Source: Chiayiivirga sp. (GTDB taxonomy: Bacteria > Pseudomonadota > Gammaproteobacteria > Xanthomonadales > Xanthomonadaceae). Taken from it: 38,431 nt of DNA. Positions 14,271 to 23,761 of this stretch are shown here, piece by piece. Under the pieces are notes generated by a model. That model was given only the letters and a program-made list of their open reading frames with translations. It had not been told where the DNA came from and did not search any database. Every line of letters begins with the position of its first letter. Position 1 is the stretch's first letter. The translations under genes and the position numbers were made by a program. The stretch lies in NCBI GenBank assembly GCA_046590875.1, contig JBKJTK010000238.1, positions 1 to 38,431 on the forward strand, read 5' to 3'.

Positions 14271-16982
14271 ATGCGATCGATTTGCTTGCGACTCCTGATG
14301 CTGGTTCTTATGTTCGGCGCGTGCAGCGATGCACTGCAAGCCGCTCGGCTGTCGGAACGTTCCCCGGTGCGACTCGGCGTGTGGTGGGATCCGGCGCGCA
14401 GCGGCAACGGCTTCGAGCTGTTCCAGGGGGGCGACCAAACCGCCGTGGTCTGGTACACCCATCGGCCGGATGGTTCGCCGGTGTGGTACATGGCGGTGGC
14501 GTCCTTCGATGCGGAAGGCCGATGGGATGCGCCGCTGTATCGTCATCGCTGGGTCGACGGCGCACCCGCCGCGCCAACCCTTGTAGGTCGGCTCCGGTTC
14601 GAACGCACGCACTTCGAGGCGCTGGTCTTGCATTGGTCGCTCGATGGTCGCGAGGGCACGCAGGAACTCGAACCGTTTCCGATATCGGGTGTCGTGACGG
14701 AGATCGATCACTCCGGTGCCTGGTACGACCCAAAGCGTTCCGGCTTCGGGCTCAGTCTCACCGAGCAGGGCGAATGGCTGGCCGCTGGCCTGTACTTCTA
14801 CGATGCCGCCGGCGAGCCAACCTGGCGCGTGGGCAGCAACGACGGGCGCGGCCGGAAACTGGCGATGCTCGGCATGACGGGTGCTTGTCCGGGATGTGAA
14901 CCCCGCAGTACGCAACGATTGGATGAAGGCCAATTGCAACTCGACTTCAGCAGCGAAACCGCGCTGCGGGCGGACTACGCCGGTGCCGCATCTGCCGCGT
15001 GGTCGCTCGACGGCGACCTGGTGCAGCTCAGCACACCGGCGTCGCGGCGTCCGGCGGATCGTCAGCTCGCGGGATTCGACGACGCCACCACGCTACGCAC
15101 CTTCCTGGACCAGACCTTGCTGACAGCGAGCGGGAACTCACCCTTCATGGGGGTCGATTTTTCTTCGCCCCCACCGCCGTCCGAGAGTTTCTCCACGACC
15201 AACGTGCAGGAGATCGGCGTCGACGAAGCGGATCGCCTGAAGACCGACGGCACCTGGCTTTACGCCATCGCAAAGGATGCGCAAGGACGCGATCGAAGCG
15301 CGCTGCGCGTGGCCGAGGCGCGCGAAGGTGGAAGCCAGTTGCTGCTGCACGGCGAGATCGCCTTGCCGGAATCCACACAGCCCATCGGTTACAGCGGGCT
15401 CTACGTCGCCGACGACAGGCTGACGACGCTGCAGGGGACCAGCCCGAGCGGTTTCGGCATCGAGCCGCTCTGGCTCAGCGCGCCGGCGTGGATCGCGGGA
15501 TCGACCCACGTTGCGTTGTTCGATCGCGTTTCGCCAGCGGCGCCTCGTGCTCTGTGGAAAGCGGAAATCGACGCTCACCTCGTCGCCAGTCGCCGTATCG
15601 GCGAGCGCCTCTACCTGGTGCTGCGAAAGACCATCGCCGTGCCCGGCATCGAATTCGGTGCGAGCCTCGATGCGGCGCGCGACGAACGCAATCGCGCGTT
15701 GCTGAGCCAGATCCCGCTGACCGAATTGCTGCCGCGCATCCGCGTCGGCACTGGCGAGTGGCGGGCGTTGGTCAAGCCGGAGGACGTCTTCCTGCCGGTC
15801 GTGGGGGCGCTGCTGCCGTCACCGCAGTTCATCACGGTGGTGGCGATCGATCTCCATGCGCCTGATGAATTGCGTTCGCTGGCGGTCGTGGGTGCGGTGA
15901 ATGCGGTCTATGTGTCCACGGAGCGCATGTATCTCGCGACCTCGCGCTCCAGCCTCGTCTTCAATTCCCAACTTGGCTATCACCCGACCGGATTTCCTGT
16001 GACGGACGTGCACGAGATCGCGCTGGGCGCCCAGGGACCGAACTTCGCGGCCACGGGCGCGGTCGAGGGTTATCTGGATCGCGATCCGGATCGTGCCCCG
16101 TTCCGTTTCAGCGAGCGCGACGGCAAGCTGCGCATGGTCACGGTGGGCGGGCTCTGGGGCGAACTGGGACAGAATCGACTGACGGTACTGGAGCGTTCGA
16201 CGATCGCGCCCGGGCTGCTGCGCACCCTGTCCCACCTGCCCAATCGCGATCGGCCCGCGCCGCTGGGCAAGCGCGACGAGCAACTCTACGGCACGCGTTT
16301 CGTCGGCGATCGCTTGTATGCCGTCACCTTCCTGAAGACCGATCCGCTGTACGTGGTGGACCTGTCCGACCCGGCCGCACCGCGCATCGCCGGCGCGCTC
16401 GAACTGCCCGGATTCTCCGACTATCTGCATCCGGTGCGCGAAGACGTGCTGTTGGGCATCGGACTCGATGCGCGTCCGGCGCAATCGAGTTGGGGCGACA
16501 ACCAGTTCGCGTGGTTCCAGGGATTGCTGTTCAGTCTGTTCGATGTCAGCGATCCGAGCCGTCCACGCCTGTTGCAGCAAGTTAACCTGGGCAAGCGCGG
16601 CAGCGGCAGCGCGATCCTGTCCAACCATCACGCGCTTAGCGTGCTGCCAGGCAGCAACGGCGTCAGTTTCGCATTGCCGGTGCGCGTGCACGAATCCGAC
16701 GGCAGCGAGCCGATCGCGCCGCCCGACAACTACCCGTACCCCTGGTCCTGGAGCGGACTGCAAAAGCTCGAAGTCACGGGTAGCAACGCGAGCAATGCGC
16801 GCCTGCTACCGGGTCCGGCGCTGGTAACCAACCGACGCAGTACCGGCGGTCCGGCGATCTACCCCGACGACGCCCTTTACGGCGCTCGCTCGGTACAGTT
16901 CGCTCGCGGCACGGTGTACTTCGAGAATGGTCGCTTCTGGCGTACCGATCTCTCCGGCACCCAGGTCAGCGGACCGCACTGA
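14271..16982 (+). CDS. Secreted/lipoprotein beta-propeller domain protein (Beta_propel, PF09826-like; 903 aa)
   Basis: GGGAAGCGAGG lies upstream of the ATG at 14271. Signal MRSICLRLLMLVLMFGAC. Hallmarks are TNVQEIGVDEADRLKTDGTWLYAI and GTRFVGDRLYAVTFLKTDPLYVVDLSDPAAPRIAGALELPGFSDYLHPV. Confidence 0.85.
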   Translation: MRSICLRLLMLVLMFGACSDALQAARLSERSPVRLGVWWDPARSGNGFELFQGGDQTAVVWYTHRPDGSPVWYMAVASFDAEGRWDAPLYRHRWVDGAPAAPTLVGRLRFERTHFEALVLHWSLDGREGTQELEPFPISGVVTEIDHSGAWYDPKRSGFGLSLTEQGEWLAAGLYFYDAAGEPTWRVGSNDGRGRKLAMLGMTGACPGCEPRSTQRLDEGQLQLDFSSETALRADYAGAASAAWSLDGDLVQLSTPASRRPADRQLAGFDDATTLRTFLDQTLLTASGNSPFMGVDFSSPPPPSESFSTTNVQEIGVDEADRLKTDGTWLYAIAKDAQGRDRSALRVAEAREGGSQLLLHGEIALPESTQPIGYSGLYVADDRLTTLQGTSPSGFGIEPLWLSAPAWIAGSTHVALFDRVSPAAPRALWKAEIDAHLVASRRIGERLYLVLRKTIAVPGIEFGASLDAARDERNRALLSQIPLTELLPRIRVGTGEWRALVKPEDVFLPVVGALLPSPQFITVVAIDLHAPDELRSLAVVGAVNAVYVSTERMYLATSRSSLVFNSQLGYHPTGFPVTDVHEIALGAQGPNFAATGAVEGYLDRDPDRAPFRFSERDGKLRMVTVGGLWGELGQNRLTVLERSTIAPGLLRTLSHLPNRDRPAPLGKRDEQLYGTRFVGDRLYAVTFLKTDPLYVVDLSDPAAPRIAGALELPGFSDYLHPVREDVLLGIGLDARPAQSSWGDNQFAWFQGLLFSLFDVSDPSRPRLLQQVNLGKRGSGSAILSNHHALSVLPGSNGVSFALPVRVHESDGSEPIAPPDNYPYPWSWSGLQKLEVTGSNASNARLLPGPALVTNRRSTGGPAIYPDDALYGARSVQFARGTVYFENGRFWRTDLSGTQVSGPH

Positions 16983-17266
16983 GGTTCAGTAGTCCTCAGC
17001 ACTAAGGCTCACTCGCACTCGCCCGCTATCGCAACGACGGCGAGATGCGAATCGTTGTGCACCGTCCATCCCCGCGAGCGCGCCATTCATGGACTGTTTT
17101 CTGCCATCCATCCCGCATGCGTTGCGCGCGCGCCCGGCGGATGGGTTCATGGCGGCGGCTGGAACGCAGCGTCGCCCTCAATCACGTTGCGCTCCAGCGC
17201 GCGGCGGCCGCCGCACCGTTACCCCCGGTGCGGCGGCCCGCTTCATGCCATCGACTGGAGCACGCC

Positions 17267-17698
17267 ATGGATACTGTCCTGCACACGGCGCTCGCCTTTG
17301 AGCTCGTACCCGCGTCTTTTGTTGCAGGCAAAGCGAGCGGCCCACGCTGGCAAGCACTGCAGCGCGCAGAGTTTCTCGCGCCCCTGTTTGTGCAGGGCGA
17401 CTGGTCAGGTGTGCTCGGACCAGCCGCCCGCGACATCGTCGTGTATGCAACCCGCACCTGCCCCTGGTGCACCAGGACGCGCGAACTGCTGATCGCCAGC
17501 GGCGCGCTGTTCCGCGAATTCCTGATCGATGAATCTGGCGACGCGCAGCGAGCTTTTTCCGCGCTCGATGGCGAAGCCGTCCCGCTGATCTTCGTTGGCG
17601 AACGCCGCATCATCGGTTTCGACGAACCCGCCATCCGCGAGGCGTTGCAGTGGCTTGCGTCTGCCTCCAGGCCTTCAAGGAGTACAGCAAGTATTTGA
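17267..17698 (+). CDS. Glutaredoxin-domain protein with about 55-aa N-terminal extension (143 aa)
   Basis: Contains VVYATRTCPWCTRTRELL...VPLIFVGERRIIGFDE (CPWC active site, GRX fold). GGAG lies 8 nt upstream of the ATG. Confidence 0.8.
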   Translation: MDTVLHTALAFELVPASFVAGKASGPRWQALQRAEFLAPLFVQGDWSGVLGPAARDIVVYATRTCPWCTRTRELLIASGALFREFLIDESGDAQRAFSALDGEAVPLIFVGERRIIGFDEPAIREALQWLASASRPSRSTASI

Positions 17699-17786
17699 AA
17701 TCGAACCTGACCGAATCCCTGTTTGCAGGATAGACCCACCGTCAGCGATGCGTCGCGGCCGGCGTGCACTGCTCGCTGCGCACCGC

Positions 17787-17811
17787 GGTCCGTCACTCGC
17801 CGTGACGGACC
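17787..17811 (+). terminator. Strong hairpin between the glutaredoxin and kinase genes
   Basis: ggtccgtcac-tcgcc-gtgacggacc forms a perfect 10-bp stem. There is no T-tract, so its function is unclear. Confidence 0.3.
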
Positions 17812-17905
17812 CCAAGGCACCCGGTCGGGACGAACAGCACACCGTGATATACGAACCTCGGTGCTCGTCTTGTCGTGCGAATGCCGACGTACTACCGTGT
17901 ACCGC

Positions 17906-19021
17906 ATGCGAAGCATCCTCATCCTGGGGGCGATCTCCATCGCCTTGTGGAGTGCCTACGCCTTGTTCTATGCGAGCCTGCTCGTCGGGATGGGCACGCC
18001 GCTCGACGCGTCTCTGGACGGCGGCGAGGCACTTCGCCTCAGCGTGATCGGGACGCTGCCGTGGGTTCCACTGAGCCTGGGAATGTATGCGCTGGTTCGC
18101 CGCTTCCCGCTCGACCGCAAGCGGCCCTGGCGCTCGCTCGCGCTGGTCGGCGCGATGTCCGCCGGCGTGGTTGTCGTGCGTGCAGCCTACGTGGGTGCGC
18201 TCAACCCGCACCTGACGTACTGGTATCGCGACGCTCCCGCGTGGACCGAGTTGCTGAGTGCCAGCTTGCATAACAATTTGGTCATCAGCCTGATGTTGAT
18301 CGGCACGCTGCACGCCTGGGTGCTGGCCCAGCGCAGCGAGGCGCAGCGCGTGCGCATCGCGGAACTCGAAGCGGGCCTTATTCGAGCGCGACTGGATGCG
18401 CTAAGTGCGCAGCTCAATCCGCATTTCCTGTTCAACACCCTCAACTCGGCTGCCGAACTGGTGCATCACGATCCGGATACCGCCGATCGCATTCTGGTCT
18501 CGCTCAGCGCGCTGCTGCGCAACAGCCTGTCCGGGTCAGCTGCGCACGAGGTGCCGGTCGAAGAAGAAGTGGCGCTGGCGCGCGAGTATCTGGCGATCGA
18601 GAAGATACGCTTTGGCGAGCGGCTGTTAGTCGAGTTTGCAATCGAGGAGGGCTGCGAGCGCGCGCTGCTTCCGGCGATGCTGTTGCAACCACTGCTTGAG
18701 AACGCAATGGTGCATGGCGTCGCGCGTCGGCGAGGGTCGAGCCTGATTCAGATCGAGATCTGTGCAATTGGCGACAGTTTGCGCACCGTGGTGCGCGACA
18801 CCGGGCCTGCGCAAATCGCCACGAGCGGGCATCGAGGCTCGGGCGTGGGACTCGCCAACACGCGCGCGCGTCTGCGCTGCCTGTACGGCGAGCAATGGAG
18901 CCTGACAATCGAAGGCGACTTCGCCACGGGCACCGAAGTACGGGTCGAGCTTCCGCTGCGTCGCGCACCGCGCGTATTTTCTAGCCCTTTTGCCCGTGCA
19001 AACGAGGCGCTCGCCGGATGA
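17906..19021 (+). CDS. LytS/YehU-type sensor histidine kinase (371 aa)
   Basis: An N-terminal polytopic membrane region is followed by the His_kinase (PF06580) motif LNPHFLFNTLNSAAELV. HATPase_c boxes are LLENAMVHG and GSGVGLANTRARL. Confidence 0.85.
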   Translation: MRSILILGAISIALWSAYALFYASLLVGMGTPLDASLDGGEALRLSVIGTLPWVPLSLGMYALVRRFPLDRKRPWRSLALVGAMSAGVVVVRAAYVGALNPHLTYWYRDAPAWTELLSASLHNNLVISLMLIGTLHAWVLAQRSEAQRVRIAELEAGLIRARLDALSAQLNPHFLFNTLNSAAELVHHDPDTADRILVSLSALLRNSLSGSAAHEVPVEEEVALAREYLAIEKIRFGERLLVEFAIEEGCERALLPAMLLQPLLENAMVHGVARRRGSSLIQIEICAIGDSLRTVVRDTGPAQIATSGHRGSGVGLANTRARLRCLYGEQWSLTIEGDFATGTEVRVELPLRRAPRVFSSPFARANEALAG

Positions 19022-19749
19022 AATCGCTTAGCGTTGCGATCGTCGACGACGAACCCCTGGCGCGCTTGCGTCTACGCCGATTGCTGTTACCGCTGGACGG
19101 CATCACCGTCGTCGGTGACTACGAGAACGGCGAATCGCTGCTCGCCAGTTGGAGCGAACGGCCGGCCGATGTGGTTTTCATGGATGTAGAAATGCCCGAG
19201 ATCGATGGCCTGCAGCTCAGCGGTCGACTGACGCCAGCGCCGCTGATCGTCTTTGTCACCGCCTACACACAGTACGCGGTCGATGCCTTCGAACTGGAGG
19301 CCGCAGACTATCTGGTGAAACCGTTTTCCTCCGAGCGCCTGCGTGCCTCTTTGGAGCGGGTGCGACGCCGCGTCGAGAGCGTCGTGAACCCGGCAAACTA
19401 TCCTGATCGTCTCGCGCTGCCGCTCGGTCGCCGCACTCAACTGGTCGGTGTAGACGAGGTGGACTGCGTGCTCGCGCAAGCAAACTATGTCGAAATCCAC
19501 GCCGGGTCGCGCCGGTTCGTGCTGCGCAAGACGCTGTCTGACTTGCAACGCCTGCTCGATCCAGCGCGCTTCGCCCGGGTGCATCGATCGCTGCTGGTCC
19601 GTGTTGGTGCGGTGACCGCATTGGAGGCGATCGGCTCGGGTCGCTTTCGCCTGAGCCTGACTTCCGGCAGCCGCTACGTCACGGGGCGCAGCTATCGCAG
19701 CCAGGTGCGTGAGCGCTTCCATCTCGATTCGGACGAGCGTGAGGGGTAG
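19018..19749 (+). CDS. LytTR/AlgR-family response regulator (243 aa)
   Basis: Receiver domain VAIVDDEPLARLRLRRLL...DVVFMDVEMPEIDG...YLVKP plus a C-terminal LytTR DNA-binding domain. The start overlaps the kinase stop by 4 nt. Confidence 0.9.
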   Translation: MKSLSVAIVDDEPLARLRLRRLLLPLDGITVVGDYENGESLLASWSERPADVVFMDVEMPEIDGLQLSGRLTPAPLIVFVTAYTQYAVDAFELEAADYLVKPFSSERLRASLERVRRRVESVVNPANYPDRLALPLGRRTQLVGVDEVDCVLAQANYVEIHAGSRRFVLRKTLSDLQRLLDPARFARVHRSLLVRVGAVTALEAIGSGRFRLSLTSGSRYVTGRSYRSQVRERFHLDSDEREG

Positions 19750-19855
19750 GGACGCCGCAGGTGCGGTTCGCTTACCACGATGCGCGCTTCGTCCCGACGG
19801 ACTTGCGCGCTTCCACCCTGATGCGATGTGCTGCGCGCAACCTCCGGAGCCGCGT

Positions 19856-20305
19856 ATGAGCCCTCGCATCTTCCTACCGAGCGTGGATCAACTGCTGCCG
19901 CTGCCGTTCGCGCTCGCGCTGATGCGAATCACCACGGCGCTGTTGTTCATGGCACACGCCGCGGTGCGGTTGGCGAATGGCAGTGTGCCGGGCTTCAGCA
20001 ACTTCCTCGCTGCGAACGGGTTGCCGTTTCCGATGGCGACGGTTTACGCGATTAGCGCGGTGGAGTTGAGCGCGGGCCTCGCGTTGGCGCTGGGACGATG
20101 GGTGCGGTTGTCGGCGGCCAGCCTGCTGGTGATCGCGACGACCGGCATCGTGCTAATCCACGCGCGTAACGGCTGGTTTGTCGGCGAGCACGGCATTGGC
20201 GGCGTGGAGTACAGCCTGAGCCTGATCGCAGCACTCCTGACGTTGATCGCCGCCGGGTCTCCGGCGAGCAATAGCATCACTCACGGGCTCGGCGTCAGGC
20301 GTTAA
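19856..20305 (+). CDS. DoxX-family membrane protein (149 aa)
   Basis: Four hydrophobic helices. The LMRITTALLFMAHAAVRL and HARNGWF pattern resembles DoxX. GGAG RBS. Confidence 0.75.
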   Translation: MSPRIFLPSVDQLLPLPFALALMRITTALLFMAHAAVRLANGSVPGFSNFLAANGLPFPMATVYAISAVELSAGLALALGRWVRLSAASLLVIATTGIVLIHARNGWFVGEHGIGGVEYSLSLIAALLTLIAAGSPASNSITHGLGVRR

Positions 20306-20391
20306 TACCGAACATCGTTTGTCGATCTTCCTGGCGCCCAAAAGGCCGGCGCGCTACTGCGCCAGGATGAAAGCATCACTTGGTTGGATCT

Positions 20392-20760
20392 TCAGTGGCG
20401 GGTGCTGCTTTTCTGCGCACCTTTCGTCCTGGCCGGCGCGGCTTCCACTACCAGGGTAAAGCTGCGTTGCTCGCCCGAATTGATCGCGCCCACGCCGATG
20501 AGCTTGCGCGCGATCTCATCACCGCGTTCGTTGCGCACCGTCACCACGACGCTGTATTCCCAGGGTGGAGCATCGGCCGGGTGGCGGATGCTGCCCTCGA
20601 CCCGCAGCGGGGTAAGCGTTTCCGCCGGCGCGACGGCACCGGCCTCGAAGCGCAAGTGATGCCGGCAAGCCGGGCAGGTCGTTGCGCTTTCGAGAATGGT
20701 TTCCTTGCAGTGCGGGCACTCGCGGGTCGACCCCGGAGTGCCCGAGCGCGGGTTGTTCAT
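20392..20760 (-). CDS. Zinc-ribbon protein with C-terminal FxLYD/DUF3426-like beta-sandwich (122 aa)
   Basis: Ribbon CPHCKETILESATTCPACRH, then LRVEGSIRH...YSVVVTVRNERGDEIARKLIGVGAINSGEQRSFTLVVE. Its ATG overlaps the bactofilin stop (ATGA). Confidence 0.7.
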   Translation of the reverse strand: MNNPRSGTPGSTRECPHCKETILESATTCPACRHHLRFEAGAVAPAETLTPLRVEGSIRHPADAPPWEYSVVVTVRNERGDEIARKLIGVGAINSGEQRSFTLVVEAAPARTKGAQKSSTRH

Positions 20761-21308
20761 GCGTCGAGACCACGCTCCGCGTGGCTGCCGTTGCGCAACG
20801 GTTTTTCCGACTTAGCAATCTTGCTGTCGTCCCAGCCGAACACGGCCTGTCCGCGCATGCGAGCGCCGGCGGCAACGGTGAAGGACCCCGTCTTTACGTC
20901 ACCGCTGATCGCACCGCTGGGCTGCAGTTCCACGCGGGTAGCGGCTTCGATATTGCCTTCCAGTTCGCCGGCGACGATGACCTTGTCGGCGCGCACGCTG
21001 CCAATGAGCTTGGCGCCGGATTCGATCATGAGGTCGCCCTGCACGTTGACATCGCCTTTGAAGTTGCCGGCGATGCGCACGCTGCCGGCACCCTCGATCT
21101 TGCCTTCGATGGTGATATCGGCGGCGATCAGCGACTCCTTGCGCGCGCGATCCGGTTCGGCTCGCGCCACGGGCGCATACGGTGCCGCGTCCGGCTTCGG
21201 GCTGGCTTCAATGCGAGTGGCTTCGCGCGACTCGGGTGTGACCGGGGTCGGGGTCGGGGTAGGATTCGAGCCCGATTTCGGCGGAGTGTTGTCTTTCCAG
21301 AGTGACAT
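20757..21308 (-). CDS. Bactofilin-family polymer-forming protein (183 aa)
   Basis: A P/T-rich N-terminus is followed by beta-helix repeats ITIEGKIEGAGSVRIAGNFKGDVNVQGDLMIESGAKLIGSVRADKVIVAGELEGNIEAATRVELQPSGAISGDV. Confidence 0.85.
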   Translation of the reverse strand: MSLWKDNTPPKSGSNPTPTPTPVTPESREATRIEASPKPDAAPYAPVARAEPDRARKESLIAADITIEGKIEGAGSVRIAGNFKGDVNVQGDLMIESGAKLIGSVRADKVIVAGELEGNIEAATRVELQPSGAISGDVKTGSFTVAAGARMRGQAVFGWDDSKIAKSEKPLRNGSHAERGLDA

Positions 21309-21496
21309 GGGGGTGACCCTGCGGTGAGGGGTTTTGAGGCTAACATCTCAGGCCACGCGCCGACACTGCGGCTTCAGTTGCGAGTCAGGTACCTGACCGA
21401 GGCGGAGGCGGCGCCATGTTGTCGACATCCACCGCCAAGCCCTGGGTGCTCGCGCTTACTACGTTGCAACACGCATCGCCGCCTCTCGGAGACCTC

Positions 21497-21982
21497 ATGA
21501 ATCATCAGTCCCTACGATTCATCGCCATTCTGCTCGCCGCGCTGGCGATGGGGATGCATCTGGCGCACGCGATGGAGTTGGCGCCCAAGTTGCAATGGAG
21601 TCCCGATCTCTACCTCGCGGTGCAGTCCACGCTGTACCTGTGGTTCGGCCGCATCGGTCCGGTAATCGAGTTCGGCGCCTTGCTGGCCGTGGCGTTGTTG
21701 ACGCTCCGCCTGCGTGGTCGGCGGCCGGCATTTGCGCTGACGGCGACAGCGACTGCGATGCTCGTGCTGTCGCTGGCGACGTGGGCGGTGGTGGTGCTGC
21801 CGGCCAATACGCAGATCGGGATGTGGCCGTCCGCCGTGGTCTCCGGGGTCGCGGCCGCACCGGCCGACTGGATGCACTGGCGCGATCAGTGGCAATACGG
21901 CCAGGCCGGCATCTTCGTGCTGCACCTGATCGGGTTTTGCGCGTTGCTGCGTTCGGTTCTGGTCGAGCTGAAACCGGCTTGA
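21497..21982 (+). CDS. Hypothetical 4-TM membrane protein (tentatively DUF1772-like; 161 aa)
   Basis: GGAG RBS. Four hydrophobic segments. The family name is tentative. Confidence 0.65.
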   Translation: MNHQSLRFIAILLAALAMGMHLAHAMELAPKLQWSPDLYLAVQSTLYLWFGRIGPVIEFGALLAVALLTLRLRGRRPAFALTATATAMLVLSLATWAVVVLPANTQIGMWPSAVVSGVAAAPADWMHWRDQWQYGQAGIFVLHLIGFCALLRSVLVELKPA

Positions 21983-22186
21983 GACGACCTCGTCGAGGCG
22001 CCGGGTAGATCAACCAACCCGGTTGGGGAGGGTTTGGGTTGTTGCACCTTCGCATGAATCCCCAACCGGATTTCTGCGATCACGCCTCAAACGAGATTTG
22101 TCGCTCCCTTGAAAAGGCCGCGCTTGTGGCGCTCTTGCGCATGCGGACAATGACGGCATCGAAACCCGATCGAGTTGGCGCATTCC

Positions 22187-23080
22187 ATGTCCTCCACCGA
22201 ATCCTTTGCCCTGCCCATGCCTGCCGCGCGTGCACGCGCTTGGTTGACGCCGTTCGAACTCGGCGTGCTCGGTGCGATCTGGGGCGCCTCGTTCCTGTTC
22301 ATGCGCATCGCGGCGCAAGAATTCGGCGCAATTCCGCTGGTCGAAGTGCGACTTGCGCTTGGATCGCTGGTGCTGTTGCCGTTCCTGTGGCACTCGCGCG
22401 CCGCGTTTCCGCTGAAGTTGTGGCCGAAGCTGGCGCTGATCGGCGCGATCAATTCGGCGCTGCCGTTCGTGCTGTTCGCCTGGGCGGCTCAGCATGCACC
22501 GGCTGGGGTCGGCGCGATCGCCAATGCGATGACGGTACTGTTCACCGCTCTGGTCGGTTTCCTGTTTTTCGGCGAGAAGATCGGCGGCAAGCGCGCTGTC
22601 GCCTTGTTCGCGGGGTTCGCCGGGGTGGTGGTGCTGGCCAGCGGCAAGGTCGCCGGCGCCAGCATCGGCTGGGCGGTCGTGGCGGGTGCCACGGCGTCCT
22701 TCCTCTACGGCATCGGCATCAATCTGGTACGCCGGCATCTGACCGGCTTGCCGCCCGCAGCGGTGGCCTGCGCCACGCTCGGTGTCTCGGCCCTGCTGAC
22801 CTTGCCGTTCGCGCTCGCTACGTGGCCCTCGACAGAAATTTCCATGAACTCGTGGCTGTCAGCGGCCATGCTCGGCGTGTTGTGCACCGGTCTGGCGTTC
22901 GTGATGTATTACCGCCTGATCGCACGCATCGGCGCCAATCGCGCCTCGACCGTGACCTACCTTATCCCGTTGTTCGGCGTGGCCTGGGCCTGGTTGCTGC
23001 TGGACGAACCGCTGACCCTGACGATGGGCATCGCGGGCGCCTTGATCCTGGGCAGTGTGGCGATGAGCCAGAAGCGCTGA
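22187..23080 (+). CDS. DMT-superfamily (EamA-type) transporter (297 aa)
   Basis: Ten hydrophobic segments form two EamA repeats. Contains the FVMYYRLIARIGANRASTVTYLIPLFGV motif. Confidence 0.85.
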   Translation: MSSTESFALPMPAARARAWLTPFELGVLGAIWGASFLFMRIAAQEFGAIPLVEVRLALGSLVLLPFLWHSRAAFPLKLWPKLALIGAINSALPFVLFAWAAQHAPAGVGAIANAMTVLFTALVGFLFFGEKIGGKRAVALFAGFAGVVVLASGKVAGASIGWAVVAGATASFLYGIGINLVRRHLTGLPPAAVACATLGVSALLTLPFALATWPSTEISMNSWLSAAMLGVLCTGLAFVMYYRLIARIGANRASTVTYLIPLFGVAWAWLLLDEPLTLTMGIAGALILGSVAMSQKR

Positions 23081-23131
23081 GCGCTCGCACACTGGCATGA
23101 TGCGCGGCACCGCCGCCGCGCGAGCCACGTG

Positions 23132-23686
23132 ATGCCCTATTTGCTGGTGCTGCTGACCAACCTCGCCGCCTTCCTGCCGGTCTGGCTCGGACACTGGAGC
23201 GTGTTCGCCCTGCTCGGACTGTACTGGTTCGAGAACGTCGTCACCGGCGTCCTGCAATTCCTGAAGATGCGCGCGGTGGAACGGGTACAGAAGCGCACCG
23301 ACCCTTTCGCGACGAGCATCTTCTTTGCCGTGCACTACGGAATTTTCACCTTTGTGCACGGCGTCTTGGTGCTGGTGTTCTTTGGCTTCGTACTGACCGG
23401 CGCACACGAGGGCGGCGCGACGCTGTGGTGGCTGTCGGCGGGCGTGGTCGCGTTGACCCTGATCAGCGAGTACCGGCGCGGATATGTGCGCGGTGCCGAG
23501 GCACGGCACGCGAGCCTGGATCGGCTGATGTTCGAGCCTTACGGACGCGTGGTGGTTCTGCACTTGGTGGTGCTGGGCGGCAGCTGGATGGCGCTGACTT
23601 CGCAGCAACCGCGCCTGGTCTTGTTGCTGCTGATCGGGCTGAAGCTGGTAGTGGAATTGGTGCAGGCGAAGTGGAAACGAGCCTAG
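23132..23686 (+). CDS. Uncharacterised polytopic membrane protein (184 aa; possibly DUF6498-like)
   Basis: Five to six hydrophobic segments. Contains LGLYWFENVVTG and FAVHYGIFTFVHG. The family name is tentative. Confidence 0.6.
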   Translation: MPYLLVLLTNLAAFLPVWLGHWSVFALLGLYWFENVVTGVLQFLKMRAVERVQKRTDPFATSIFFAVHYGIFTFVHGVLVLVFFGFVLTGAHEGGATLWWLSAGVVALTLISEYRRGYVRGAEARHASLDRLMFEPYGRVVVLHLVVLGGSWMALTSQQPRLVLLLLIGLKLVVELVQAKWKRA

Positions 23687-23731
23687 AACTTGTTCCAAAG
23701 GGTGATCGTATGATGGTACGGGTGTAGTAGA

Positions 23732-23747
23732 CCCTTCGATACCTCAG
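23732..23747 (+). repeat. Partial copy of the cccttcgatacctcag repeat
   Basis: Exact 16-mer shared with 6155-6170. Confidence 0.5.
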
Positions 23748-23761
23748 AGCCTGCGATTAAG

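Noticed and set aside
20330-20366. Possible terminator hairpin cctggcgc...gcgccagg between the DoxX and zinc-ribbon genes.
   Set aside because: The stem is only 8 bp, the loop is 21 nt, and there is no T-tract. This is too weak to call.
22014-22080. Inverted repeat aacccggttgggga ... tccccaaccgg downstream of the 21497-21982 gene.
   Set aside because: The loop is long (about 40 nt) and the repeat occurs only once. It may be a weak terminator, but nothing further supports it.
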